Shown here: positions 47,719 through 55,615 of the stretch, one piece after another | Layout of the letters: each line of letters opens with the position of its first letter | Numbering within the stretch: the first letter of the stretch is position 1 | Assembly (NCBI GenBank): GCA_026647365.1 | Contig: JAPKGW010000003.1 | Location: 23,220 to 87,219 of the forward strand | Length of the DNA stretch: 64,000 nucleotides | Reading direction: 5' to 3' | Origin: Phycisphaerales bacterium | GTDB lineage: Bacteria; Planctomycetota; Phycisphaerae; Phycisphaerales; UBA5793 | Made by a program: the position numbers and the translations under genes | The notes under the pieces: model-generated | Database searches by the model: none | Told to the model about the DNA's origin: nothing | Seen by the model: only the letters and a program-made list of their open reading frames with translations

Positions 47719-47800
47719 GGGGGGGGGATTGAGGCACAAGGCAACAGGCACTGGGCACTGGGCACTCGGGAAGGGATCGAGGCATCGTGGCATGGCGGGC
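47719..47800. repeat. G9 tract followed by tandem heptamers (RGGCAYY x5) and GGCAT octamer-like units
   Basis: 47719-47727 is nine G. 47732-47766 reads aggcaca aggcaac aggcact gggcact gggcact, followed by cgggaagggatc gaggcatc gtggcatg gcgggcaa. Confidence 0.7.
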
Positions 47801-47842
47801 AAAGTCCCGGCACTCCTGTGCAGGGGAGGGCAGGAACCCTGA

Positions 47843-48718
47843 ATGATGGGCGACGATCGAGTGGTCAATGCGCTTTCCTTCGACATCGAGGACTGGTTCC
47901 ACATGGTGGAGATTCCGGCCGTCGCCGATCCCGCGCGCTGGGATGATCTTCCCTCGCTTGTCGTCGAGCAGACGCGCTGGATCGTCGAAGCGATCGGCGC
48001 CGCCTCCACGCGTGCGACCTTCTTCATCCTCGGCTGGGTCGCCGACCGGCATCCGCACCTCGCGAAGATGATCGCGGCCGCGGGGCACGAGGTCGCCACG
48101 CACTCCTACTGGCACCGCAAGGTCTACGAACTGACGCCTGAGTCGTTCCGCGACGACCTGAAGCGTTCGATCGACCTCCTGTCGGACCAGACGGGGCGGC
48201 GGATCAGGGGGTTTCGCGCGCCGTCGTTCTCGATCACGCCGGGCACGGAGTGGGCCTTTGACGTGATGCACGACCTGGGGATCGAGTATGACGCGAGTCT
48301 CTTCCCCGCGAGCCGGGGGCACGGGGGATATCCGTGCGCGCCCGGGCCGCACTCGTTCACGGCCGCGCCGTCGGGGCGGGCGATGCCGGAACTGCCCATG
48401 AGCGTGATGCGCCTCGGGCCGGCCGGTCTGTGCTTCAGCGGCGGGGGGTACCTGCGCCTCCTGCCTCTGTGGGCGATCCGGCGCGGCTTCGCGCAGTTCA
48501 ACGCCGCGGGCCGTCCCGTGGTCATCTACCTCCATCCGCGCGATTTTGCTCCCGACTGCCCGCGCGTGCCGATGCCCTTGACGAGGCGGTTCAAGTGCTA
48601 CGTCGGACTCCGATCGACGAGGGGCAAACTCGAGGCGCTGCTGAGGTCCTACCGCTTCGACGCGTGCGAATCGGTGCTGGGTCTCGATGGCGCCGCCACG
48701 GCGGGAGCGGTCGCATGA
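47843..48718 (+). CDS. Polysaccharide deacetylase family protein (PEP-CTERM-locus/DUF3473-like subtype)
   Basis: NALSFDIEDWFH N-terminus, TFFILGWVADRHP, HEVATHSYWH and YLHPRDF. Confidence 0.85.
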   Translation: MMGDDRVVNALSFDIEDWFHMVEIPAVADPARWDDLPSLVVEQTRWIVEAIGAASTRATFFILGWVADRHPHLAKMIAAAGHEVATHSYWHRKVYELTPESFRDDLKRSIDLLSDQTGRRIRGFRAPSFSITPGTEWAFDVMHDLGIEYDASLFPASRGHGGYPCAPGPHSFTAAPSGRAMPELPMSVMRLGPAGLCFSGGGYLRLLPLWAIRRGFAQFNAAGRPVVIYLHPRDFAPDCPRVPMPLTRRFKCYVGLRSTRGKLEALLRSYRFDACESVLGLDGAATAGAVA

Positions 48719-49746
48719 TGGTCGTCAACTCCGGCACGTCGGTTCCAGCGGCGGCGGCGCCGGCGCGGCATGCGCGGCCCGTCGAGCGTGACGGGCGAGT
48801 CGATGCGCTTGGGGCGCAGGTTTCGGCGGATCGGCTCCCCGAGGGGGCCTGGCCCGGTGCTGCAACCGTGCCAGTGAGCGTTCTCATTCCAGTGAAGAAT
48901 GAGCAGAGGAACATCGTCGAGTGCATCCGCCGCCTGCGCTGGGCGCGGCAGATCGCCGTGATCGACTCGCACTCGACGGATGAGACGGTCCCGCTGGCGC
49001 AGGCGATGGGGGCGGAGGTGTACCAGTTCGACTACGGTCCAGAGGGCTGGCCCAAGAAGAAGAACTGGGCGCTCGAGCACGTGCCCTGGCGCCATGAATG
49101 GGTTCTGATCATGGACGCGGACGAACACATGACGCCGGAACTCGCCGAGGAAATCCGCCGGGTCGTAACGGACCAGGGGGCTTCTGGACGGCCGTTCGAC
49201 GCGTGGTGGATCAACCGGCGCTTCATTTTCATGGGCCGCTGGATCAGGCGCTGCGGCTACTACCCCTCGTGGAACATCCGTCTCTTCCGCCACGCGCTGG
49301 GGCGCTACGAACGGATCGGCGACCTCGGCGACACCGGCTCGGGCGACAACGAAGTGCATGAGCACATCGTCCTGTCATCGGGCCAGGCGGGGTACCTGAA
49401 GAACGACTTCCTGCACTACGCCTACCCCGACATCGCGACGTGGGTGGAGAAGCACAACCGCTATTCGACGTGGGAGGCGCACGCGGCGGCGGCGGGGGAC
49501 GCAGGCGGACTCGAGCCGTCGCTCTTCGGCGGACCGATCGCGCGGCGGCGCTGGCTCAAGGCCCGCTCGCGCCGTCTGCCCCTGCGCCCGACGCTGCGGT
49601 TTCTCTACGCCTACGTTCTCAAGAGAGGATTCCTCGACGGGTACCCCGGCTTCGTCTTCTGCCGTCTCCTGGCGATCTACGAGTTTCTCTCCGTCGCCAA
49701 GCATCATGAGATGCAGGCGCAGCGCCGCGTGAAGGAAGCACCGTGA
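48715..49746 (+). CDS. Glycosyltransferase family 2 (WaaE/KdtX-like)
   Basis: ATG 48715 overlaps the upstream stop (ATGA). VSVLIPVKNEQRNIVECI, DSHSTDET, LIMDADEH, and VHEHI...FLHYAY at the C-terminus. The track ORF start 48334 lies inside the deacetylase gene. Confidence 0.85.
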   Translation: MMVVNSGTSVPAAAAPARHARPVERDGRVDALGAQVSADRLPEGAWPGAATVPVSVLIPVKNEQRNIVECIRRLRWARQIAVIDSHSTDETVPLAQAMGAEVYQFDYGPEGWPKKKNWALEHVPWRHEWVLIMDADEHMTPELAEEIRRVVTDQGASGRPFDAWWINRRFIFMGRWIRRCGYYPSWNIRLFRHALGRYERIGDLGDTGSGDNEVHEHIVLSSGQAGYLKNDFLHYAYPDIATWVEKHNRYSTWEAHAAAAGDAGGLEPSLFGGPIARRRWLKARSRRLPLRPTLRFLYAYVLKRGFLDGYPGFVFCRLLAIYEFLSVAKHHEMQAQRRVKEAP

Positions 49747-50342
49747 ACCGCAGTCCCGGACATGACGATGCCACACCGGTGGCGCCGGTCGGTCGGGCCG
49801 CAGAAGACCGCCACCTCTCCACGTGGACGATGCGCGAGAAGGTCGGCCGCGTCCTCTGGTACGCCGTCGAGGCAATCTTCTTTCGCCTCAGTCCCCGGCC
49901 GATGTACGGCTGGCGGGCGTGGCTGCTGCGCCGCTTCGGCGCCGACGTGCATCGCACAGCGCGGCTGCGATCGACGGTGCGCATCGAAGTCCCGTGGCAT
50001 CTGGCCATTGGAGCGGGTTCGTCCGTCGGGGACTCTGCGATTCTCTACTGCCTCGGGCCGATCCGCATCGGCCGGGGCGTCACCATCAGCCAGTACGCGC
50101 ACCTCTGCGCGGGGACGCACGACTTCACGCGCCGCGACATGCCGCTGCTGCGGCTGCCGATCGTGATTGAAGATGAAGCGTGGATCGCGGCGGATGTCTT
50201 CGTGGGGCCGGGCGTGACGGTCGGCGAAGGCTGCGTGGTCGGCGCGCGGTCAAGCGTCTTCGGCGACCTGCGGCCGTGGACGGTCTGCGTGGGCAACCCG
50301 GCGAGAGCGGTGAAGGAGCGGCCGCGATTCGATCAGCGTTGA
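49743..50342 (+). CDS. Hexapeptide-repeat O-acetyltransferase (WcaF-like)
   Basis: Left-handed beta-helix repeats IVIEDEAWIAADVFVGPGVTVGEGCVVGARSSVFGDL. GTGA overlap with the GT2 stop. Confidence 0.85.
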   Translation: MNRSPGHDDATPVAPVGRAAEDRHLSTWTMREKVGRVLWYAVEAIFFRLSPRPMYGWRAWLLRRFGADVHRTARLRSTVRIEVPWHLAIGAGSSVGDSAILYCLGPIRIGRGVTISQYAHLCAGTHDFTRRDMPLLRLPIVIEDEAWIAADVFVGPGVTVGEGCVVGARSSVFGDLRPWTVCVGNPARAVKERPRFDQR

Positions 50343-50422
50343 ACGCCGGGGAGGACGCAACGGACCGAGGAACGAGGGGGCAGGCGGCTTCGTGTCCATC
50401 AGTCAGTTGACCTCCCGAACTC

Positions 50423-50446
50423 CTGTTCCCTCGATTCGCTGTTCCC
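50423..50446. repeat. Direct repeat CTGTTCCC-N8-CTGTTCCC upstream of 50480 gene
   Basis: ctgttccc occurs at 50423-50430 and again at 50439-50446, 34-57 nt upstream of the start codon. Confidence 0.5.
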
Positions 50447-50479
50447 CTGACTGCTCAGCCCCTCCTATGCTCCCGTGAC

Positions 50480-51142
50480 ATGGCGCAGCGCCGATTCCAC
50501 TACGAGCAGGCTTTTGAACACTACCTGCGGTGCAATCGCGTGCCTTATGTCGCCGTCGATGAGGCGCGCAAGGCGCTGACGCGGCCGGAGAACCACCCCG
50601 GCCCCGTCGCCGGCGATGCGCTCAAGTCATTCGACTTCGTGGTGTACAGTCCGGACGGCAATCTTCTACTGGACGTCAAGGGGCGCAAGTGTGCCTCGCA
50701 GTGGGGGCGGCGGGCCAAGTCGCCCAAGCGCCTCTCGGGAACACGCCTCGCCATCGGGCGCACGGGCCGGCTTGAATCCTGGGTGACGGACGAGGACGTC
50801 GAGTCGCTGGGCGCGTGGTCCCATCTCTTCGGTTCGTCCTTCCGCGCCCTGTTTCTGTTCATGTACTGGTGCGAGAGTCAGCCGCCTGATTCGCTCTTTC
50901 AGGAGGTTTTCGAGTTCGGCGGGCGGTGGTATGTGCTGAGGTGCGTCGATCTCTGCGATTACCGCCGGTGCATGGTGCGGCGCAGCGAGCGCTGGGGGAC
51001 GTGGTGCGTGCCCGCGGAGGAGTTCCGGGCCATCAGCCGCCCCTTCGCCGTGCATCGCCTGATGGGTGAAGGCGCGCCGTCGCCGGGTGATCTAGTATCT
51101 CACGGCAGCCGGGCCGGGCGGCCGACCGCAATTGGCTCTTGA
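50480..51142 (+). CDS. HYExAFE-motif protein, probable PD-(D/E)xK nuclease-fold protein
   Basis: N-terminal RRFHYEQAFEHYLRCNRVPYVAVDE. SFDFVVYSPDGNLLLDVKGRK gives a D...D-x-K pattern typical of the restriction-endonuclease-like fold. Confidence 0.7.
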   Translation: MAQRRFHYEQAFEHYLRCNRVPYVAVDEARKALTRPENHPGPVAGDALKSFDFVVYSPDGNLLLDVKGRKCASQWGRRAKSPKRLSGTRLAIGRTGRLESWVTDEDVESLGAWSHLFGSSFRALFLFMYWCESQPPDSLFQEVFEFGGRWYVLRCVDLCDYRRCMVRRSERWGTWCVPAEEFRAISRPFAVHRLMGEGAPSPGDLVSHGSRAGRPTAIGS

Positions 51143-51195
51143 ACCTGACCGCGCGCCGGCCGCGCGGCATCCGGTGACACAAGGAGGTCCTGACC

Positions 51196-51495
51196 ATGAG
51201 ACGACCACGACCCACGCTCGGAGCGCTGCTGGCGCTGAACGTTCTTCTCGTCGCCGTGCTGGCGCTGGTGTCCTTCGCGCCCTCCGTGCAGGCAGGAGGA
51301 CTCCGCCAGAACGCGGGCGACTACATCATGGTCGGCGGAAGCATCAACGGCTCCACGAGCAACGCCGTCTACGTCCTCGACCAGCGCAGCGGGACACTGC
51401 TCAGTTTCCTGTACGACCGCTCGTCGCGCAAACTCCGGGGCCTTTCCGTGCGCAGCGTCTCCAGTGACGCCCGGCGTTTCAGCCCCTCGCGCTGA
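51196..51495 (+). CDS. Small membrane-anchored/secreted protein (unknown family), paralog A
   Basis: ATG lies 8 nt after AAGGAGG. The protein has an N-terminal hydrophobic helix LGALLALNVLLVAVLALVSFA, then GDYIMVGGSINGSTSNAVYVLDQRSGTLLSFLYD. Confidence 0.55.
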   Translation: MRRPRPTLGALLALNVLLVAVLALVSFAPSVQAGGLRQNAGDYIMVGGSINGSTSNAVYVLDQRSGTLLSFLYDRSSRKLRGLSVRSVSSDARRFSPSR

Positions 51496-51562
51496 TGCGC
51501 GGCCGCGCCGTGAACGCATCCTCACGCCTGCACACCCAGAACCCGACATGGGAAGACCGACC

Positions 51563-51886
51563 ATGAACACCCGCACCGACCGCACTTCGTCGCTCGCCGC
51601 CTCGGCCGCCCTCTGGGCCTCCGCCTTTGTGGTGGCCGCGATGATCCTCACCCAGGCCGGCCGCCTCGCCGGCAACCAGGCCCGCGCCGAGATGGCGGCC
51701 GACGGCAGCGAATACGGCCTCGTCACGACCAAGGGCGGCAACGAGGAACTTCTCTACGTCCTCGAGAAGCGAGCCGGCCGCATCTTCGTCTACGAGGCCC
51801 GGCAGAATGACGGCCTTGTCCTGCTGGACTTTGCCGACGTCGGCGAAGTCGTTACCCGGCTCTCAGGCAAGGGCGAAGGGAAGTAG
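51563..51886 (+). CDS. Small membrane-anchored protein, paralog B
   Basis: ATG 51563 follows GGGAAGA; ATG 51548 is an alternative. The protein has the helix AASAALWASAFVVAAMIL, then SEYGLVTTKGGNEELLYVLEKRAGRIFVYEA, which aligns with paralog A. Confidence 0.55.
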   Translation: MNTRTDRTSSLAASAALWASAFVVAAMILTQAGRLAGNQARAEMAADGSEYGLVTTKGGNEELLYVLEKRAGRIFVYEARQNDGLVLLDFADVGEVVTRLSGKGEGK

Positions 51887-52111
51887 ACCGCCGGCCTGCC
51901 CGAGGCGTGATCCGTTCCACCCACGGCCGGCGCCGACGGCTTTTTCTGCGATGTTGTCCTCCGAGCAGCAGGGGGCGCCCTGCATCAGGGTCGTTTCCCT
52001 GATTGTCTGTCAGTCAACGAGCGCCATCGATTGGCGGGAATACGCGCGGCCGCGCCGCCGATTCGCTCTAAGAGACCGTGCTGCGCTTACGCCGGACGGA
52101 GGGAGGCCATC

Positions 52112-53947
52112 ATGTGTGACTCTCATCGCTGCCGCTTTGCAGGTGGGCCGTCACTGCGACTCATTCTTATCGCCGCGACGTTCGCCGCCGCCGCCGCCGC
52201 GCCGGCGCAGCATCCCTATCCTGATGATCCCGACTGGATCTCGAGCGACCTGCGCTACTCGACGGGCGGCGCCCTTGCCGACATCAACGGCGACGGCCTG
52301 CTTGACCTGATCGTCGCCAACGGCAACGACATGCGCCGCGAGCGCGTCGCCGTCTACCACAACCGCGGCAACGGGGTCTTCCCCCTCACGCCCGACTGGG
52401 AATCGAGCGACGTCGAGTACAACGGCCACCTCGACGTCGCGGATGTCAACGGCGACGGCTGGCCGGACGTGGCCGTCGCAGTCCTGCTGCCGGGCATCGC
52501 CAGCGCCAAGGTCTACCTCAACAACGCGGGAACGCTTTCCAGCCTGCCCGACTGGTTCTCGAACGAGGCGGACGCGACCTTCGGCTGCGCCTTCGGCGAC
52601 ATGAACGGCGACGGCCGGCCCGACCTCGCCCTCGCCTCAGGCTGGATGTATGGACGCAATCCCTTTCCTGTGCGCGTCTACCTCAACGTCAACGGCGTGC
52701 TCTCGCGGACTCCCGCGTGGTCCTCACGCCTCGCGTACATTCACAACGGCTGCACATGGGAGGACGCCGACCGCGACGGATGGCTCGATCTTGTACAGGT
52801 CGGCTCGTTCAGCGAGACCGTGATCTTCCGCAACGAGGGCGGCATGCTCGGCGTCGATCCCGCCTGGTCCACGAGCGACAGCCCGGACCAGGATTCGATC
52901 ATGGCCGTCGCGGGCGACGTCAACGGCGACGGCTGGGCGGACCTCTTCACCACGGACAACACGCAGTTGAGCGGCTCGGGGCGCTTCCGCCAGTATGACG
53001 GCCTCGAAACGGGCTACTACACGCGCAGCGCCACGTGGAGTTACTTCGACGGGTACGGCTCTGCGGTGGCGCTGGCCGATGTGAACCTCGACGGGCGGAT
53101 CGATCTCGCCACGGGCGCGTGGTGGGACAACACGCGCCTCTTCTACAACCACGGCGCGGGCCTGCCGGCGCTGCCCTCGTGGTCGAGCCGGCGAACCTCG
53201 GTCATTGAGAAGATCGTCTTCGGCGACGTCAATCCGCACTGCGGCGTCGAGCAGCGCCACACCGAGCGATTCGAGGCGCCGCAGGGCCGGCCGCGGCAGT
53301 TCACGCTCGCGCGGCGTCAGATCAGCACGGTGTTGGAGGTCCGCCTCGACGGCTCGCCCTTGCCGCGCACGGCGTACACCTTCAATCGCGAGCGCGCGTG
53401 GATCAGCGTGGATCTCAATCTCCCCGGACGCGTTCTCGAAGTCGACTACGCCTGGTCGCCGGAGATCGACATGGCGATCACCAACTGGGATCCGGGTCTG
53501 GGCAACTTCATGTATCTCAACCGTCTCTTCGTGGACTGCAACGGCAACCGGCAGCCGGACGGCTGCGACGTCTTCAACGGCGCGTCGGAGGACCGCAACG
53601 GCAACGGCATTCCGGACGAGTGCGAGGGGCCGCGCCTCGCCGTGGATGCCGCGTGTCCGGGGGGCGGGGCCATCCGCGTCGAGTGGAGCGGCGCGACGCC
53701 TGGGGGACAGGCGGCGCTGATCTATGCGCTCAATCGGGGCTCGTTCGCGGTGCCGCCGCAGTATCCCTGCGCCGGGACGCGGCTGGGGCTGGGTGCGAGC
53801 CGGATTCGCGTGGCGTGGCAGGGCGGGGCGGGGGTCAATGGCGGCCGCGTGCTGACCGGCACGGCCCCGCGCAGCGTCTGCGGCGGCTTCATTCAGTTGC
53901 TCGACATCGCCACATGCGGCCCGAGCAACGTGGCGGTCGTGGAGTAG
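52112..53947 (+). CDS. Secreted FG-GAP/VCBS-repeat protein
   Basis: ATG 52112 follows GGAGGGAGG. At least six repeats are present: DINGDGLLDLIVAN, DVNGDGWPDVAVA, DMNGDGRPDLALA, DADRDGWLDLVQV, DVNGDGWADLFTT and DVNLDGRIDLATG. A Ca-binding-like DCNGNRQPDGCD...DRNGNGIPDECE follows. Confidence 0.85.
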   Translation: MCDSHRCRFAGGPSLRLILIAATFAAAAAAPAQHPYPDDPDWISSDLRYSTGGALADINGDGLLDLIVANGNDMRRERVAVYHNRGNGVFPLTPDWESSDVEYNGHLDVADVNGDGWPDVAVAVLLPGIASAKVYLNNAGTLSSLPDWFSNEADATFGCAFGDMNGDGRPDLALASGWMYGRNPFPVRVYLNVNGVLSRTPAWSSRLAYIHNGCTWEDADRDGWLDLVQVGSFSETVIFRNEGGMLGVDPAWSTSDSPDQDSIMAVAGDVNGDGWADLFTTDNTQLSGSGRFRQYDGLETGYYTRSATWSYFDGYGSAVALADVNLDGRIDLATGAWWDNTRLFYNHGAGLPALPSWSSRRTSVIEKIVFGDVNPHCGVEQRHTERFEAPQGRPRQFTLARRQISTVLEVRLDGSPLPRTAYTFNRERAWISVDLNLPGRVLEVDYAWSPEIDMAITNWDPGLGNFMYLNRLFVDCNGNRQPDGCDVFNGASEDRNGNGIPDECEGPRLAVDAACPGGGAIRVEWSGATPGGQAALIYALNRGSFAVPPQYPCAGTRLGLGASRIRVAWQGGAGVNGGRVLTGTAPRSVCGGFIQLLDIATCGPSNVAVVE

Positions 53948-54044
53948 ATGCAGCGCCGTGAGAGCCATGAAGGGGTCGCGTCGATCCCGCGGTCGAGCGT
54001 GAATCCGCCTAGAATCGTCATTCGGTCTCTCGTGGAGATGCGCC

Positions 54045-55064
54045 TTGACGACTTCGGCCCGGACCGCGCTTCAGCCTGAAACTCCCAGCGCCGATGAACG
54101 CGCGTTCATCGCCGAGGTGCTGCGCGCTGAGAGCGCGGCGATCGAGCGCGTCGTCGAGAATCTCGGCGACGAGTTGCACGCGGCGGCGGACCTGCTCGAC
54201 CGATGCACCGGGCACGTGGCCGTCACCGGCATGGGCAAGAGCGGCCTGATCGCGCAGAAGATCAGCGCGACGCTTTCGAGCGTCGGCCTGCCGAGCCACT
54301 TCATTCACCCGGCCGAGGCACTGCACGGCGACCTCGGCCGCGTGCGCGAGGGCGACGTGGTCTGGGCGCTGAGTTACTCCGGCAACACCGACGAAGTGGT
54401 TCAACTCGGGCACGTGATCCGCGACGAGGGGCTGCCGATTCTCGCAGTGAGTTCTAATCCGGCCAGTCGCCTGGCGCGGCTGGCGACGGTGCACCTGTCG
54501 ATTGGCCACGTTGATGAGGCGTGCCCGCATAATCTCGCGCCGACGGCTTCGACGACCGCGATGCTCGCGCTGGGCGATGCCCTGGCTCTGGCCGTGAGCA
54601 GGCGGCGGCGCTTCTCGCCCGAAGACTTCCGCAGGCGGCATCCAGGCGGGACGCTCGGCGTGCTCCTTCAGCGGATCACCGACGTGCTGCGCTTCCGCGT
54701 GGGCGAAAACCTCCCGCTGATCCGCGTTGACGCGACGGTCCGTGAAGCGCTGAAACAGGCGGACGTCGGACGGCGCCCCGGCGCCATGCTGATGATCGAC
54801 GAACAGGGCGCGCTGGCGGGCCTCTTCACCGACGGCGACTTGCGCCGACTTGTGCTCAGGGACGCCGGCGCCCTTGACCGGCCCATCGCGTCGGTAATGA
54901 CCCGCCGGCCTCGGGTACTCCGGGCCGATCAGATCGTCCGCGACGCCGTGGCCCTCGTGCAGGAGTTCCGCCCCGACGAGATTCCTGTGGTTGATGAGGC
55001 GGGAAGGCCGATCGGTCTTGTAGACGTGCAGGACCTCATCGCACTGCGGATCATCCAGGAATAG
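54045..55064 (+). CDS. kdsD: Arabinose-5-phosphate isomerase (KdsD/KpsF; SIS + tandem CBS)
   Basis: VAVTGMGKSGLIAQKISATLSSVGLPSHFIHPAEALHGDLG, with a C-terminal CBS pair. TTG start after GGAG. Confidence 0.9.
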   Translation: MTTSARTALQPETPSADERAFIAEVLRAESAAIERVVENLGDELHAAADLLDRCTGHVAVTGMGKSGLIAQKISATLSSVGLPSHFIHPAEALHGDLGRVREGDVVWALSYSGNTDEVVQLGHVIRDEGLPILAVSSNPASRLARLATVHLSIGHVDEACPHNLAPTASTTAMLALGDALALAVSRRRRFSPEDFRRRHPGGTLGVLLQRITDVLRFRVGENLPLIRVDATVREALKQADVGRRPGAMLMIDEQGALAGLFTDGDLRRLVLRDAGALDRPIASVMTRRPRVLRADQIVRDAVALVQEFRPDEIPVVDEAGRPIGLVDVQDLIALRIIQE

Positions 55065-55071
55065 TTCTGCC

Positions 55072-55611
55072 GTGAGCGAGCCGCATGACGCCGCGAACAT
55101 CCGCCTGCTCGTCCTCGACGTGGACGGCGTGATGACCGACGGCGGGATCATCATCGACGACGACGGGCGCGAGAGCAAGGTCTTTCACGTGCGCGACGGG
55201 TTCGGAATCCGCCTGTGGCAGCGGCTCGGAGGCGAGGCGGCGATCATCACGGGGCGGTCCAGCCGCGTCGTGACGCACCGTGCCGCAGAACTGCACATCC
55301 GCGAGATCATGCAGGGCGTGCGCGACAAGGGCGAAGCGCTGGCCGCCCTACTGGCGCGGACGGGGCGCACGGCCGGGGAGACGGCCGCGATCGGAGATGA
55401 TCTCAACGACCTGGCGCTGCTGGCGGGCGTCGGCTATCCTATGGCAGTGGCGGATGCGGCTCCGCAGGTGCGCCGGGCCGCCCGGTTCGTGACCGAGGCC
55501 CCCGGAGGCCGCGGGGCGGTGCGCGAGGCGATCGAGCACCTGCTTGCCGAGCAGGGGCGGTGGAACCAAGCGGCCGCCCTCTTCGCGCCAACCGCGCACA
55601 AGGAGGCCTGA
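55072..55611 (+). CDS. kdsC: 3-deoxy-D-manno-octulosonate-8-phosphate phosphatase (KdsC)
   Basis: HAD motif LLVLDVDGVMTDG, FHVRDGFGI, and IGDDLNDLALL...AVADA. Confidence 0.9.
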   Translation: MSEPHDAANIRLLVLDVDGVMTDGGIIIDDDGRESKVFHVRDGFGIRLWQRLGGEAAIITGRSSRVVTHRAAELHIREIMQGVRDKGEALAALLARTGRTAGETAAIGDDLNDLALLAGVGYPMAVADAAPQVRRAARFVTEAPGGRGAVREAIEHLLAEQGRWNQAAALFAPTAHKEA

Positions 55612-55615
55612 TCTC

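Noticed and set aside
44587-50342. Arn-like (L-Ara4N lipid A modification) pathway
   Set aside because: A formyltransferase, a deacetylase-family enzyme, a GT2 and an SDR are superficially ArnA/ArnD/ArnC-like. The GT2 looks WaaE/KdtX-like rather than ArnC-like, the SDR is CDP-paratose-epimerase-like, and no ArnB aminotransferase or ArnT is present.
50347-50465. Long hairpin between the G-rich (50347-50385) and C-rich (50411-50465) halves of the intergenic region
   Set aside because: The arms share degenerate GAGG(G)AAC-type motifs in inverted orientation. Hand-pairing gives only short interrupted stems, so I kept only the exact CTGTTCCC direct repeat.
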